DNA of 64,000 nt from Octopus sinensis (Eukaryota). Positions 1 to 14,139 of this stretch are shown in pieces. The position numbers and the translations under genes were made by a program. The notes beneath the pieces were generated by a model. The model saw only the letters and a program-made list of their open reading frames with translations, did not search any database and was not told where the DNA came from. Position 1 is the stretch's first letter. The number at the start of each line of letters is the position of its first letter. The stretch lies in contig NC_043003.1 in the NCBI RefSeq assembly GCF_006345805.1, forward strand, positions 34,534,001 through 34,598,000, read 5' to 3'.

Positions 1-663
1 TTCTTCTTTGTATCTTTTTTTAAATATTTACTCACCTCTTTTAAACTGACATTTCTTCTCTCTCTCCCTCTCTTTCTCTTTCTCTCTCTCTCTATCTCTC
101 TCTCTCTCTCTTCTATCTCTGTGTTCCATCTCTTACTAACCTAAACTCTACACTTGTACATTTTCTCTAATTCTTCATTACCAACATTTCGTTACAAATT
201 AAAAAGATATGAAACGAAAACTAACAAAAAAGGAAAAAAAAAACTTCCTTTCCTCACATTTCCTCTATTTTAAAACTGAACTAACACAGCAAAGCATTTT
301 TTAAAACTCCTCTCAGCATCTCCACGATTTTAAACCATCATCACTACATGAGATGCTTGCCAGTATAATTTTCCATTGTGTATTTAAACATAGCTGTCAA
401 AATCTCCCGTTCGCTTCTCTTGCTTATGAGCCGTATCTCACAGATATATTTTTTATACGAGAAATAGTGAATAATAAGGTCGTTAATTACAGGTTTGCAG
501 CAGGAAAATCAATGAGTAACTGCATTTCTGATAGCCAGAATTACAAGCGCGTGCCTGTAAGTTGATATGATATGGTATGTCTGAAAGGTCTTCGTTCGTA
601 GAACAGCAGAATTTCGGTTTACTCACTGGTGTAAACATCGTTTATCGATATGCATTGGCAAAT

Positions 664-717
<54 letters not shown>

Positions 718-1647
718 ACACGTGGGCGCGCTTGCGTGTATATCAGTGATTGTGTAATCTAGAAGTCGTTGCTGGCCCAATCACATTGCACACCATCTTG
801 GGGAAAAGTCTTCTATCAAAGTCTTGTGAATGAAATCTGACAGACGGGAACTGTATTGAAACCTTGACTCTACCGCTCCGCAGCTGTTTTCACTCTCTAT
901 TTCCCTCCACCAGCACTCCTTTACGAACATTGCAACTACCAAATCCTGTAATATACACTTTCTGCCAGACGCACAAGTTGTGAATTTGGATGTTGGTTAA
1001 TCGGTTTCATAGACCCAGTGATTAACTGGTACATATCTCATTTTAAATCCTGCAATATTATATGACAGCAAGTTTTAGCTCGCACTTCAATCTTCTCTTG
1101 AAGTGATATTACATGCAAGTGGAGTTTTACAATAGAACTATCCAGTTCAATTTTTGCGAAAACTGGTGGGAGACCAAACAGCCACGCACATAGGAATCTA
1201 CTAACCGCTCTAGTTAATAATATTTCACGCACTTAATGTGAAATTAAGCGCGTTGACAAAATGTCATGTTGCTGAACACGACATCTTAAATATCCCTGCT
1301 AAACTAAAATTCTCAACAATACTTGAAGTCCTGTTTCATTTTGGCCTCAGCCACAATAACCCTCTTGACATCACTGAGGGGTAATACGTGGATACAGTTA
1401 AGGTTCATAATTACTGTTAGCCTAATCGCTCCTTATCCAACCAAACTCGTATTATGCATTGACAGTATTTTTTTCTTTGCTGCTTGGTGTATGTACTAAT
1501 AATTGCGGGAATAACTCATTCAACTTCAGCGGGAGAATTTTTGCCACTAAGTCTGTGGTATCACATAAAAAATGTTAACATTGGTGAGATTAATGAAAGT
1601 TCTCTGATCTTCACTCCTCCTCTGAGCAGCTTCTTTGAACTCTTAGT

Positions 1648-1674
1648 ACATACATACATACATACATACATACA

Positions 1675-1706
<32 letters not shown>

Positions 1707-1801
1707 CATACATACATACATACATACATACATACATACATACATACATACATACATACATACACACAAACACACGCATGCATAAATACATACATACATA
1801 C
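1648..1801. repeat. (TACA)n microsatellite
   Basis: Direct reading of the sequence. Confidence 0.95.
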
Positions 1802-2643
1802 TAACAAGTTTGTCTATGCTTATATGTATATGCGTAGGGATAATAGTTTTGAGTATCTGTCCTTTAATGCGAAAAAGAAATGAAACATAGAAATGAATAT
1901 TGACCCCTCAGAAATGCTAGTTTGCTGTTATTGTTTAGCCCATGGTAATTTTGCATGAGCAGACTTATAGTCAAATGCTTTGCATGCATGACCAGTTCAG
2001 TCATTTTTCTGGAAAATAGGTGTCTAGGATTATATTATCAAATATGTTCTTCCTTTTTCAAGGCAATTATTTGCAATTAGATACTGATTTGGTTTTAATT
2101 TCTTGGAGATCATGAAATTAGGTATATAGACCATCGTCTTTCATTTTGATGTCGAGGTATTATGAATACGCATCTGTGTCGCTGTGTGTGTTGTTTGTGT
2201 GAGATTTATGTATGTTTTGATGAGCGTGCCTAGAAACTGAAACAGAAGAAGATGAAAAGAAAGAGAAATAAAGTTGATAAGCAATAAAAGAAGGTGCGCA
2301 AATGGTAGCTAAAGAGAGTAACAAGCTACAGAAAGAGGGAGAGAGAAAAAAAAGAGAGATACGCATACACAGAAAGAGGAAGAGAGGCAGAGGCAGAAAG
2401 AAAAGTAGAAAGAACGTGTAAGAGGGACTAGAGACAGAGAGAGATACGTCACGTGATCAAACAAAAACAGTAGACGCCATATTCAATAAGCAATAGACTT
2501 GGTGCGTCTGTTATACTTTTATATGTCTAGTAATTTCATTTAGGTATTATATGTATATTAACAAAATTCCAGACAAATATTAGGAAAGTAATACTGTTTG
2601 TACATTGTTTACAATGGCACAAAGCGTCACATTAAATCTCACT

Positions 2644-2702
<59 letters not shown>

Positions 2703-2800
2703 GTTGGTCCGTTTTCCTTTTTCCTTCTGTCCTCTACACTCTCTGTCTACTTCTGAACGTGTTTATATATGTATGTATATACATATACGTAAATATGTAT

Positions 2801-2867
<67 letters not shown>

Positions 2868-3098
2868 ATATATATATGTATATATAAAGATGTATATATA
2901 TATATATTCACGCACACATATATATACATACATATATATATACTTATATATAGGCACACACACATGCATGCATATATACTTATACATATACGCTTGCACC
3001 CTCCCTCAGACACACATATATATGAGTTCATCCATGCAAATGTACATGCATGTTTACAGGCAACAATTATGATTGTATGAGAGTATTGGGAAAGTGTT

Positions 3099-3135
<37 letters not shown>

Positions 3136-4038
3136 CACACACAAACACACATACACATGCTTGTTTATGATTATGTGTCTGTGAAGGTGCAAATATCTCC
3201 GTGTGTATACAAGAGTGACAGAAATGTGATAATGGAGCTCCAATCGATAAAGGTTTCCAGCCTCTACCATTATATCCCACCTCCACTCCCACCCCCATCA
3301 CAATCCCTGACCACATACTTTCTTCCACATACAGATATACCAAAATGCCATTAAACCCATCAACACGATCAACATGAATTTATCACCAACACATCGCCAT
3401 TTTCAGCTACAATAACCACATAACCATTATCAAGACTAACAACTCCATTAGCATCATCTGTATTCCCCGTTCCTCACCAATTACTCCGGCACCATCACCA
3501 CAGCCCTTCAGCCATAACCACATTATTACTACCACTGTCACCACGACCATTATTTAGTTCCTTACCATTACAAACCAACAACAACAACGATTACAATGCG
3601 GGAACCTGTACGTGGCCCATCGACATTCTAGAAATAGTAACTAAATTTTCTCATATCGATCGCGAAATCTTCTGAGAAAGAAGAACGCGTTGAACGAAAT
3701 AGTCTCTGATATTTAAGAATGGGGTGCTCACCGTTGGAAATAAGATTTGCAAAAGGCCATTCTAATCAGGACAGACCTTGGTGTAAATAACATTGACAAA
3801 ACCCATTACCACCCTCAAAGAATTAGTAAGCCTCAACATTTCTGTTTAAACCTTCCATGACAACCATCAACATAACCACTACCACCGTTCCGCCTCCTCT
3901 ACTACCGTTACCACTTCATCCACCACCGTCATCACCACAAGTACTACCACTACAATACCATCCAAAATATCAACGCATCTCTGCCATTTAAACCCAATTG
4001 GAACAGCAGAATTGGAAATGGAACTTTTGGTACAAGTG

Positions 4039-4039
4039 T

Positions 4040-4092
<53 letters not shown>

Positions 4093-4185
4093 TTGGTGGT
4101 GGTGGTGGTGGTGGTGGTGGTGGTGATGGTAGTGGTGGTGATGGTGGTAATAGCAGCGGCGGTAATGTTGATGGTGCTGGTGAAC
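4039..4185. repeat. (TAG)n/(GGT)n compound microsatellite
   Basis: Direct reading of the sequence. Confidence 0.9.
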
Positions 4186-4374
4186 TAGTGAGTGTCGGCG
4201 ACGGAAGTGTTCATTACTTTGGAAGAGAGACAACAATGTATGAATAAAGTAAGGGATATTTTGGGGTAAGTGTGGTCAAAGACAGATTGCTGCTACAACG
4301 GATGTTGTTTGCTGCCAGAATCATTGATAATGATGCAGGTGATATGCGTGTGTGCACGCAAGCATATATATATA

Positions 4375-4560
4375 GTTAATCCAAACAAGAAAACACAGAA
4401 AAAAAACACAGCAACGCGAAGGAGCGTGAACAATTAAAGTATTATTTGACGCTCAAAGAAGGGAAGGGTTTAATGTTTCGAGCGAGCTCTTCGTCGGAAA
4501 CAAGAGAAGGAAAGATCCCAAGAAGGGAGACAGAGGAAAAAAATATTTTTGCTGGTGGTG
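4375..4560 (-). mobile_element. TA-flanked retroelement fragment with a hammerhead-like motif (probable Penelope-like pLTR)
   Basis: Minus strand gttt-CCGACGA-A-GAGCtcGCTC-GAAAC-ATT-aaac at 4468-4501, next to (TA)n. The Penelope-like assignment is inference. Confidence 0.5.
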
Positions 4561-4872
4561 CTCAAGAGATCACATGTTGAAAGAACAGAAGTTGAGAGGT
4601 AGACGAATCATGATTTTTAAAAACAAGAGAGTTTCAAAGACAAGGAATGTGTGTGGGTGCGTGTGTGTGTGTGTGTGTGTGCAAGGATGACAGGTGTGTT
4701 TGTGCGTGCGTGTGTGTGTGTGTGCGTACGGGCGCGCGTGTTAGTAACCTTCTACAGTACCCACCAGCAACAACACTAGCCTAATGTGGCGTTAGTTGTG
4801 AAAAGACGTTGAGCAAGAATAGAGCGATGATTGTTGGATATTGTTGGATAGAAAAAAATGGCCGCTTAGAGA

Positions 4873-4910
<38 letters not shown>

Positions 4911-5308
4911 GGAGGGAAATAAAGATGATAAAATAGGAAATAAGCAGAGATAGAGGAGGAAGACGGAGGACAGATACGTTGAGATGAGATGAATGAGTGC
5001 AGCGAGCAATGGTTGAGAGAACTTGCCGATGGAAAAGACTAGTCTGAAGGACAATGTTGTAAGGATAGAGGAAGTGCAGTAAAGCTGGATAAGACGAGAG
5101 ATTATGACAGAAAAGATTTGGATAGCCTGGAATGATCCGGTGCTAAACAATACAGGGAAGTGAAGAAAAAAGTGAAAGACGGCTGAAAGAGAAAGTGAAA
5201 TATATAAAGAAGGTCATACAGAAATGTTTGGAGAATAAGGTGAAGAGAGAAATAGAGTACGAAGAAGGGAGTTGGAGAGAGAGAGAGAGAGACAGAGAGA
5301 CAGAGACA

Positions 5309-5375
<67 letters not shown>

Positions 5376-5528
5376 CCAGACAGAGTAAACTCAAGTGGAG
5401 GGAAAGAGTTAATCGATATATAGATAAATATAAAAAAAAGAAGGAGGGAAGAAAAAGGGAAGAAAGATAATATGAAAGAAATAAGGTACAACAGACGGGA
5501 AGAAAGAGACAGTAAAAGGAAGTAAAGG

Positions 5529-5559
<31 letters not shown>

Positions 5560-6540
5560 TGTATGTGTGTATGTGTGTATGTATGTATGTATGTATGTAT
5601 GTATGTATGTGTGTTTGTATGTATATATGTACATATGTATGCATATATGTATGGCTGTGTGTGTATGTATATACATATATGTGCGTGCGTGTGTGTACAT
5701 ACATACATATATGCATCCATGCATACGCATATATACACACACAAACACACACACACACATAAACAAAAATAGAAATGATAAGGAATCTAAGTATATATAT
5801 ATATATATGCATACGTATACATAAAAATCTATATACATAAACACGTATATACAAAGATGCGTACATACGCAAGCACGCACACACACACACCCATATACAC
5901 ACACGCACACATACACATATGGAAGAGAGATAGAGAGAGGGAAAGAGAAAATGAGAGAGTGAGATAGGGGTGTAGAAGTGAGAACAGACGTGAAGGAAAA
6001 GAAGGAAGAATTAGCTTTCAGAAGAGAAAGAGAGAAAAAGAAAACAAGATCTAAACAATAAAAAAAATAAAACAGAAAATAAAACAAAATAGTAAACAAG
6101 GTAACACAAGCAAACAAGATAGCCATGCTAGAAAGAAAAGAAGGAAGGAAGGAAGGAAGAAAGAAGAAAGAAAATACGAAAGAAAGAAAGAAAGATAGGG
6201 GCAAAGAATTAAAAAAATGGTAAAGAACTAAAACAGGTTTTATCTGCGAATCTGTGAAAGACAGAGGGATCAAGAAAGTTAGAGCAAAATAGAGCAAAAA
6301 CTGAAGGATGTATTTTCCAGAGAATATCTGAGTCGGTGGAACATCCGTCAAAGTCGCTGACTGGGCTCAGATGGGATTGGGGATAAAGACAAGTAATGTG
6401 CAGGGAGTTAAGGTTTTGAGTTTGTATTACGCAGAGCACATACATTCTCATACAGATACATACATACTTACATACATAAATACATAAATATAAACACACA
6501 CACACACATATATATATATAAACATATATATATAAAAATG

Positions 6541-6571
<31 letters not shown>

Positions 6572-6582
6572 CATATATATAT

Positions 6583-6628
<46 letters not shown>

Positions 6629-7105
6629 TATATATATATTTATTTATATATAGATATGTATACATATATATACATATATTTGTGTGTGCATTTGATGAAT
6701 ATAAATGTATATACATACACATAGATACACAGGCAAACACACACACGCACACACACATGTATATATATATATAATATATAATAATATATATATATATATT
6801 ATATATATATATATATTATATATATATATATATGTGTATGTATGTATGTATATATATTTATTTATATATATGCATACATATGGAGAGTAATATATGGGCT
6901 GGTGATGATGTCGGACTGTGAAATAAGATAGAAGAGGACGGCATCGGCTGCTCATTTTGAATTCAAAGACCTGAGGTGAATTTCGTGCATAGGTTATAAG
7001 CTTCAACTTGTCTCTTGATGAGAAAGCAATGTTTACTTCAATACGTGTGTGTGTGTGTATGTGTGTGTGTGTGTGTGTGATAGATAGAGAGAGAGAGAGA
7101 GAGAG

Positions 7106-7151
<46 letters not shown>

Positions 7152-7322
7152 AACGGGGTTTTAGCATGTGTGTGTGTGTTTGTGAGATACGAGGTTTTAG
7201 TCGTATAATATATGTGTATATGTCGCTATATATTGCTGTGTGTAAGAGAGATAAATAAATGAAGTGAGAATGAAGGGGAAGAGAGAGAAAGAAAATAAAG
7301 GGCAAGAAACAAAGATAAAGAG

Positions 7323-7353
<31 letters not shown>

Positions 7354-9782
7354 GAGAGCAAGAGTCAGAGAAACTGTTTGTCAGTAAGCAATGTGCATCT
7401 GACAGGAATGGATTTAGCACATATGCATATTCATGTTTATATATGTCTGCCAGTCTGCCTGTATGTGTGCATACATGTATATATCCGTGTATTTATAAAT
7501 GTGTGTGTGTGTGTGTGTGTTTGTGTGTATGCATATACATGCTTGCGTTTGCGAGTGTGTGTGTATGTGTGTGCGTGCGTGCGTGCGTGCGTGTGTGTGT
7601 ATGTGTGTGTGAGTGCGTGCGTGTGTGTGTGTGTGTGTGTGTACGCGTGCACGGATGCATGTATGTGTGTGTGTGTATAGTCACACAGGAATATATGGTA
7701 TGCGTCAGTGTATGTGTATGAATGTATTTAAGTACACTTAACAATTTTCCCTTTGCTTACTACTGCTTCTGCGAACACACACACACACGCACGCACACAC
7801 ACACATACACACACGCGTGCACGCATTCATACGTACACACACACACACATGCACAGTACTGACATACACAAACACATGTAAACACAAGCACACACGTGCA
7901 CCCATACACGTACGCACAGGGACATGTATGTGCACGTATGTGCGTACACGCGCTGAATATACTCACAGAAATGCATATTTAACAACTATTGAGTTCTCTA
8001 AATTCAGGCTCATACACATACACCACACACACACACACACACACACAGCCCAATTATCCCGACTGCCTGTAGCACAAACAACACTAGTATGATGACGAAG
8101 ACGAGACAACTACGACGACGACGACGATGATGATGGCGATGATGATGATTTGCCGGTATAGATTCATTTAGAGAAAACGTACGTATGAATGCTGTTATTA
8201 TTGTTGTGGTTACTGTTCAAAGACAGTTCAACCATGACCAGGCTAACTTTTTAAGCGTATCTATGTTTACCATTCCCCTAACATATCTTATTGTTTTTTT
8301 TTTTAATCGTATGTCATTCGAAGGAAATCTCTAACTGATCGTGTGGCCAAGAAAAGGTTCCCATTTTATGAATAAAGATTTTATAAAGCAGAGTCACTTC
8401 ATTTGTATTTGTTGTATTTATTTTCCCCACTCTTTTATCAGTTCACCTCCCTGATTTCCCTCATATGAAAAGAAAAAATGCTATTGTATCATTTTGTTGT
8501 TTTGTTTTTTCGTTTCATTTTTCAGCCAGGAAGTAAGAAAGTGCCAGGGAATCCATTTACAGGGATATCAAAATAGGTGAGAGGTGGGTAAGGTATCTTG
8601 AAATCGAAGAGTTCAATCGAATGCAACAGAATGGACTCCGCTAAAAGATCTCAAAGTTCCGGGTAGCGTTGTTAAATCGGGTGAGGGATTAAATTTGCCT
8701 TATAGTCTTATATTTAGCATCCTTAAAAACCAACATTTAACAAATAAATTTTATAAAACGTGCGTATGAAAGAAAAAAGAATTTTTCAACCTCAAAAAAT
8801 AATTACCCACTGGAATCCTGATAATTCTCCCGTAAGGGAAATTTCTTTTCGGTAAAGAATTGTTGTTCTAGACGTTTTACGGTTCTGAAGATATATATAT
8901 AACTTGAACAAAATGTCTAAAGGAATTTTGGTGAAGAAGCACAATAGCGATGGCAAAGCTGATGAATTCGATGAATTTTACAAGTTGGTGTTAGTCTCGG
9001 ATTGTTAGTTCATACTAACCAAACCTGCCGTGTTAATGATTGAGGAAAGTGACTTATGAAAAGGCACGGTTTGTGTTCATGTTGGAGTTGTGTGTAAAGA
9101 CTTATACACCAGGCAGTTCTTTTTAATGTGCTGTAGAATATTTGTATGTGCAACAGTCGCTGTGACTCAGATATGCGAACCGTTGTCTAGTGTTGAACAC
9201 AAACTTGCCTCTTGAATAGGTCAATTGTTATTAAGATCTCATGTAATTAGATTCTAATACAGAGGACACCGATCACTTCGAAATTTCAACTGTTAAAATA
9301 CGGGGTCGTTATGTTGAGACATGCAGCGTGGACAGTTTTAGACTATGCAGTTATGTCTACAATGAAACATGTGGTTGCCGACAGAAGTCCCCAGGGATTA
9401 TAAAGCCTTGCATTATGAAATCCGTTCGATAATTTTCAGCTTTCTGATGTCCATGAATAGTGACTAAGTGGCTATGATACTAGTTGTCTTTATACTTATA
9501 GTGACTGTGTTTAGGTTGCTGCACCAGAAACCAGCTTGTCACTTCTGCTTTGAGGGTGTTTTAAACGTTTCTCTTTCGTTCTTTCTCTCTTTCTCTCTTT
9601 CTCTCTTTATTTCTTTCTTTCTTTCGTTTGTACAAGAAAGCAATAGTGCTGGTGTTACGTGACGATGAGCAACAATAATGGCCGAGTTCGAAAGGTTATG
9701 AGGCAAGGATACACACACACTCACACACACACATACATTCTTCATACATAAGCACACGAATATATATGTGGTGTGTACACAC

Positions 9783-9824
<42 letters not shown>

Positions 9825-10004
9825 TATACACACGCACAGATACACTTATATGTATGTGAATAAGCTAACGATAGGCAAGACATGAAGTCCTAGTTAATTT
9901 GAACTTTACCAAAAATTTGATTCTATGCTAACTAGAGATACACTATTGGTAAATATCCAGCTGCTCCCCTTAAAGGCGCTTTAAAATAATTTTAACCTCT
10001 CTGT

Positions 10005-10208
10005 AGCACAGATTGGACTTGGACTCTGTAGTGCATGCGCACTAAATTTTACCGTTCAAGCTCATTTCCGCTGTTTACAGCAGTGGTTGGGATTAACCCG
10101 TGTAGCGTGTGTTCGTCGCATTGACCATGACAGAGGAAGCTGAGCGGAGAATCTGCATCAAATTTTGCCAGAAGCTTAGCGATATCTGCTCAAAGGCCTA
10201 TACAAAGG
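10005..10208 (+). mobile_element. Second mariner 5' fragment, inverted relative to the neighbouring one
   Basis: Encodes MTEEAERRICIKFCQKL (mariner N-terminus). Aligns with the reverse complement of 10570-10740 (ttccgctgtttacag, tcgtcgcattga, ctgctca.aggccta.acaaa). Confidence 0.8.
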
Positions 10209-10811
10209 TTTCGAAAAGTTTTCATCGTTTTCGACACAATCAAGATTTTGTGCAACTGAATCCCGAGTGTCTCTTTCATCTGCTGAAAGCAGTTTTGGCA
10301 TACACTTGCCAGTTACGCATCTCATACCCAAATCTTCAGTGATAATGGACTGAACTGAACTGTAACCAATCTGCACATCTTCTGATGACTCACGGATGGT
10401 GATTCGATGATTTCCCCTCACGGCTGCACGCACATCTGCAATGTTTTTCGCAGTTCTGCTGGTTGCTGGTCTCCCAGAACCATCGTCCCTATCGACATTT
10501 TTCACCCATCTTGGAAATGACTGAACCACTGGAACACTTGTGTGCGGTTTGTACACTTTCTGCAGTTTTGTGTAGGCCTCTGAGCAGGTATCACCATGAC
10601 AACATTCTCTGTCATCATCAATGCGACGATCACACGTTACACACATTACTTCGAAGCACTCCTGTAAACAGCGGAAGAGAGATATAGAACATTAAAACTT
10701 AGTGTACCTGCACAGCAGAGACCAAGGTAAATCTGTGTCAAGTGGCTTACCCCTGCGTGCTTTAGCTTCGTTACTGTGGCAACAGTCCGGATACTTATTG
10801 ATTAGACCTCG
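10209..10811 (-). mobile_element. Mariner 5' half with terminal inverted repeat
   Basis: Reverse complement starts TA-CGAGGTCTAATCAATAAGTATCCGGACT (mariner-type TIR). ORF 10176-10646 gives HTH-region residues SGRPATSRT, RITIRE, IITEDLGMR and KLLS. Confidence 0.85.
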
Positions 10812-12510
10812 TATACGTGTACATGTGTGTTTGTATGAATACACACATGCTCACACGCGCGCACGCACACACACACACATGCTCACACACACAGACACAC
10901 ACACATAAACACACGCATATATAAGACGGAGAGGATATGCAGGACGTACTGCATACTGCAATAAAATGTTTTTAAAATGGCGACACAGAATAGCACAGGC
11001 TTCGCAGTTTATATTCTAATCTCAAGCGAACCTTACACTGAAAGGAAGTTCATTGCAACCGTGTTAGATCGGAGTGCAAAGCGTTAAATTAAGAGGGAAA
11101 ACTCTCTTATTCATAATGTATGATGCTAAGGATTTGATTGTTGTATAGAATATCTTGGATTCAGCTACATTCTGTTTATTCAGTTTTTGACTGAAGTTCC
11201 TGTAAATATCTGCAACATTTGTTCCACAACAGTTTAAAACCTACTGAAATCAAGATCAAATATCAGGTTATTGAAGCATGTTGATTCTATATATAAATAC
11301 TCAAGCATATCATAGCAATGTCTTATGTATCTGAATAAGGTTCTTGTCAAAAAGAATTCCCTAGCACGTAGTTTAAGTAAACAGATATATACCTTTCCTT
11401 AGAAAAACTGTTATATGTCCCTCCTCCGTAAATAGTTGACAATATATTTGAAAGTATAAACAACACTCGAAATCAAACAGATGATCAAAACATTCAGGTT
11501 CCGTATTGAACAAAACAGGCGTTCGTGTGCCTGTATGTGTTTGTGTGTAAGTGTGTGTGTGTATACACATACACACACACACACACTTACACACACTTAT
11601 ATATAGAGAGAGAGTGAGAGAGTAGATATAGATATTCATACGTACATACATATATACACACTCATACATACATGCATACATACATACCTACATACATACA
11701 TACACAAATGCATGCATGTATCATTTATGAATCAGGTCTAATATGGAGACGGAGTCTCTTCATGCAAATGCTCTCAGTCCATGGTCTGCAATTAGTGCAC
11801 TGTGGCGGAAATACCACAGATGTACCAAACGGCCAAAGTCAATAATTCAAGCTGTTGTAATTCACTACTGTAACAATGGTTTGTGCTGTAATCAATGAAA
11901 TCTCCACTGGTAACAGTTTCCCTCTCTTGGTGTGTCAGCCTATAGCAACAGCAGAGTTGTCTCCCGTGTAGGATGCTTATCCATGCACGAAAAGTTTTTA
12001 GTCTTTGATCAAATATATAAGCGTCTTCCAGTTTCTTTCCTTTCGTTTTTCAGTTAATTATCATATATCATTGTCAAGTCGTTCAAAATAATTCATTATT
12101 GATCTATCACGTGCATGTATAATTTTAGCTTTTATCAGCCTTAAAGTGTTAGATTTTCAGTTAGGAAGGGATGTGCTACATGATTGTTTCCTTCATACAT
12201 ATCTCGAATGTAAATGTTTTCTTAAAGTATGGTTGTAACGTGCAAAATCATGGCTGTTTTTCTCCATACAGTTCTCTTCTCTTCCATTCCTTGTGTCAAT
12301 GTTGCCGCTTATCTCCAACTCAGCATTCTAGATGTGACAATCCAGTCTTTCCAGACATATGCTATAGGATTCAATGTACACTTTATTCTTCTAATCAATA
12401 TCGGAGAAATTTCACTGCTACTTCTAGCAGTCGAGTGACCTAGTATTTCGATCTAACAAATATTTCGAGCGTTATTAGTTACATATATATATATATATAT
12501 ATATATTAAA

Positions 12511-12591
12511 AAATTAAATTAGAGATAAAACCACTATTAGGCAACTCAAACAGTGAGAGACAAAATAGTGGTTTTATCTCTAATTTAATTT
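12511..12591. repeat. Perfect 28-bp inverted repeat with a 25-nt loop
   Basis: aaattaaattagagataaaaccactatt ... aatagtggttttatctctaatttaattt, abutting (AT)n. Confidence 0.93.
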
Positions 12592-12682
12592 ATATTTATA
12601 CTGTGAAATTTGATTTAATCCTAAATCTAATTTTTCCCTATAAGTTTGGATATACTCCCTAATATCATATATATATATTTAA

Positions 12683-12895
12683 GGCGACAAGCTGGCAGAA
12701 ATAGATAGCACTCCGGACAAAATGCTTAACGACATTTCATCCGTCTTTGTGTTCTGATTTCAAAAGCCGCCGGTGTTGACCCTGCCTTTCATCCTTTCGG
12801 GATGGTTGAAATAGGTACCAGTTGAGCACTGCGGTCTCGAAGTAATCCACGAGCCCCTTTCCCCAAAAATTTGAGGCGTTATGCCTATAGGATTA
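12683..12895 (+). mobile_element. SINE family A, monomer
   Basis: tRNA-like head ggcgacaagctggcagaa, degenerate B-box, body ctgcctttcatcctttcgg and tail ccccaaaaatttgaggc. Confidence 0.8.
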
Positions 12896-13284
12896 ACAAT
12901 TATATTTTGTAAGAATTAAGGCTCCCCATTTTGATGAGAGTCCCACAAGCTCCTGTTCTGTTTGTATCTTTCTTAAGCGTCTATTAACAATATAAAGGAT
13001 TCTATAATCACTTTAATGAAGACCGGCTCAACGGCTCCTGGTCTTACGGTAATTTCACTGAGTCTAGACATACACGTGTGTATGTGTGTGTGTGTTTGTA
13101 TGTTAACCTACATGTGTTTATTTGTCTCCTTCTAACTTCATCTTGTATTCATATAAACACTTCATCACTCTCTCTATTTACTTCTCCTTATTCCATAATC
13201 TTTCTTTCTCATCCCCACTCTCTCTCTCTTTCTGCCTGTCTCTGTCTATTTCTCCCTGACCCATTCATAGTTTCTCACTTTCTG

Positions 13285-13491
13285 TTACTACTATTACTAC
13301 TACTACCACTACTACTACTACTACTAACTACTACTACTACTACTACTACTACTACTGCTGCTGCTGCGCTGCTGCTGCTGCTTCCGCCGCCGCCGCCGCC
13401 GCCGCCACCACCACCACCACCACCACCACCACCACCACCACCACCACTACTACTACTACAACTACTACTACTACTACTACTACTACTACAA

Positions 13492-13523
<32 letters not shown>

Positions 13524-13527
13524 ACTG

Positions 13528-13565
<38 letters not shown>

Positions 13566-13575
13566 GCTACCACTA
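13285..13575. repeat. (CTA)/(CTG)/(CCG)/(CCA) compound trinucleotide array
   Basis: Direct reading of the sequence. Confidence 0.95.
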
Positions 13576-14139
13576 CTTTTCTTTTATTGCTCTTCTCTCT
13601 TCTCGACTACGTGTATTTTTTACATTTTATCATTTATCGTCAAATACAGAGACTTACATTCATACACACATACACATACACGCATATATATACACATACA
13701 TACATACATACATACATACATACATACACACTGCTACACTCTTCTTCTTTTCTTCTCTTCTCTCTCTCTGCCACCTCCTCTCCCGCCTTCTGGCTATCGT
13801 AGACAACACCCACTTCTCGTCTGTTTTCCACAGTTTCCAACACATCACTGACTAGAAAGAAAACTTTCCCATTTTCCTGTCAAGTTAAATTCTCATTCTT
13901 TTTATTGTCATTTTTCTTTTTGCAAAATTTTCTTTTTATTTTCCCCTTTCTCTGCATCAAAGGTGCATTTGATGTTGTTATTGTTATTGCTGTTACCGGC
14001 TCGAGGTGCATTTGTAGGGTGTCATTTGGTGACTCCAGTAGATATCGGCAGTATGTAAGGTGGAGGGGAGGGGGGTGGAGAAAGAGTTTTCATTTAGTGG
14101 CAGTGAGAGTATAGACGTAGCTGGTAAGACGAAGGCGAC

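Noticed and set aside
5143-6351. 402-aa ORF starting LTDVPPTQIFSGK (vaguely F-box-like)
   Set aside because: Most of it is microsatellite and pyrimidine-tract translation, and the resemblance is too short to support.
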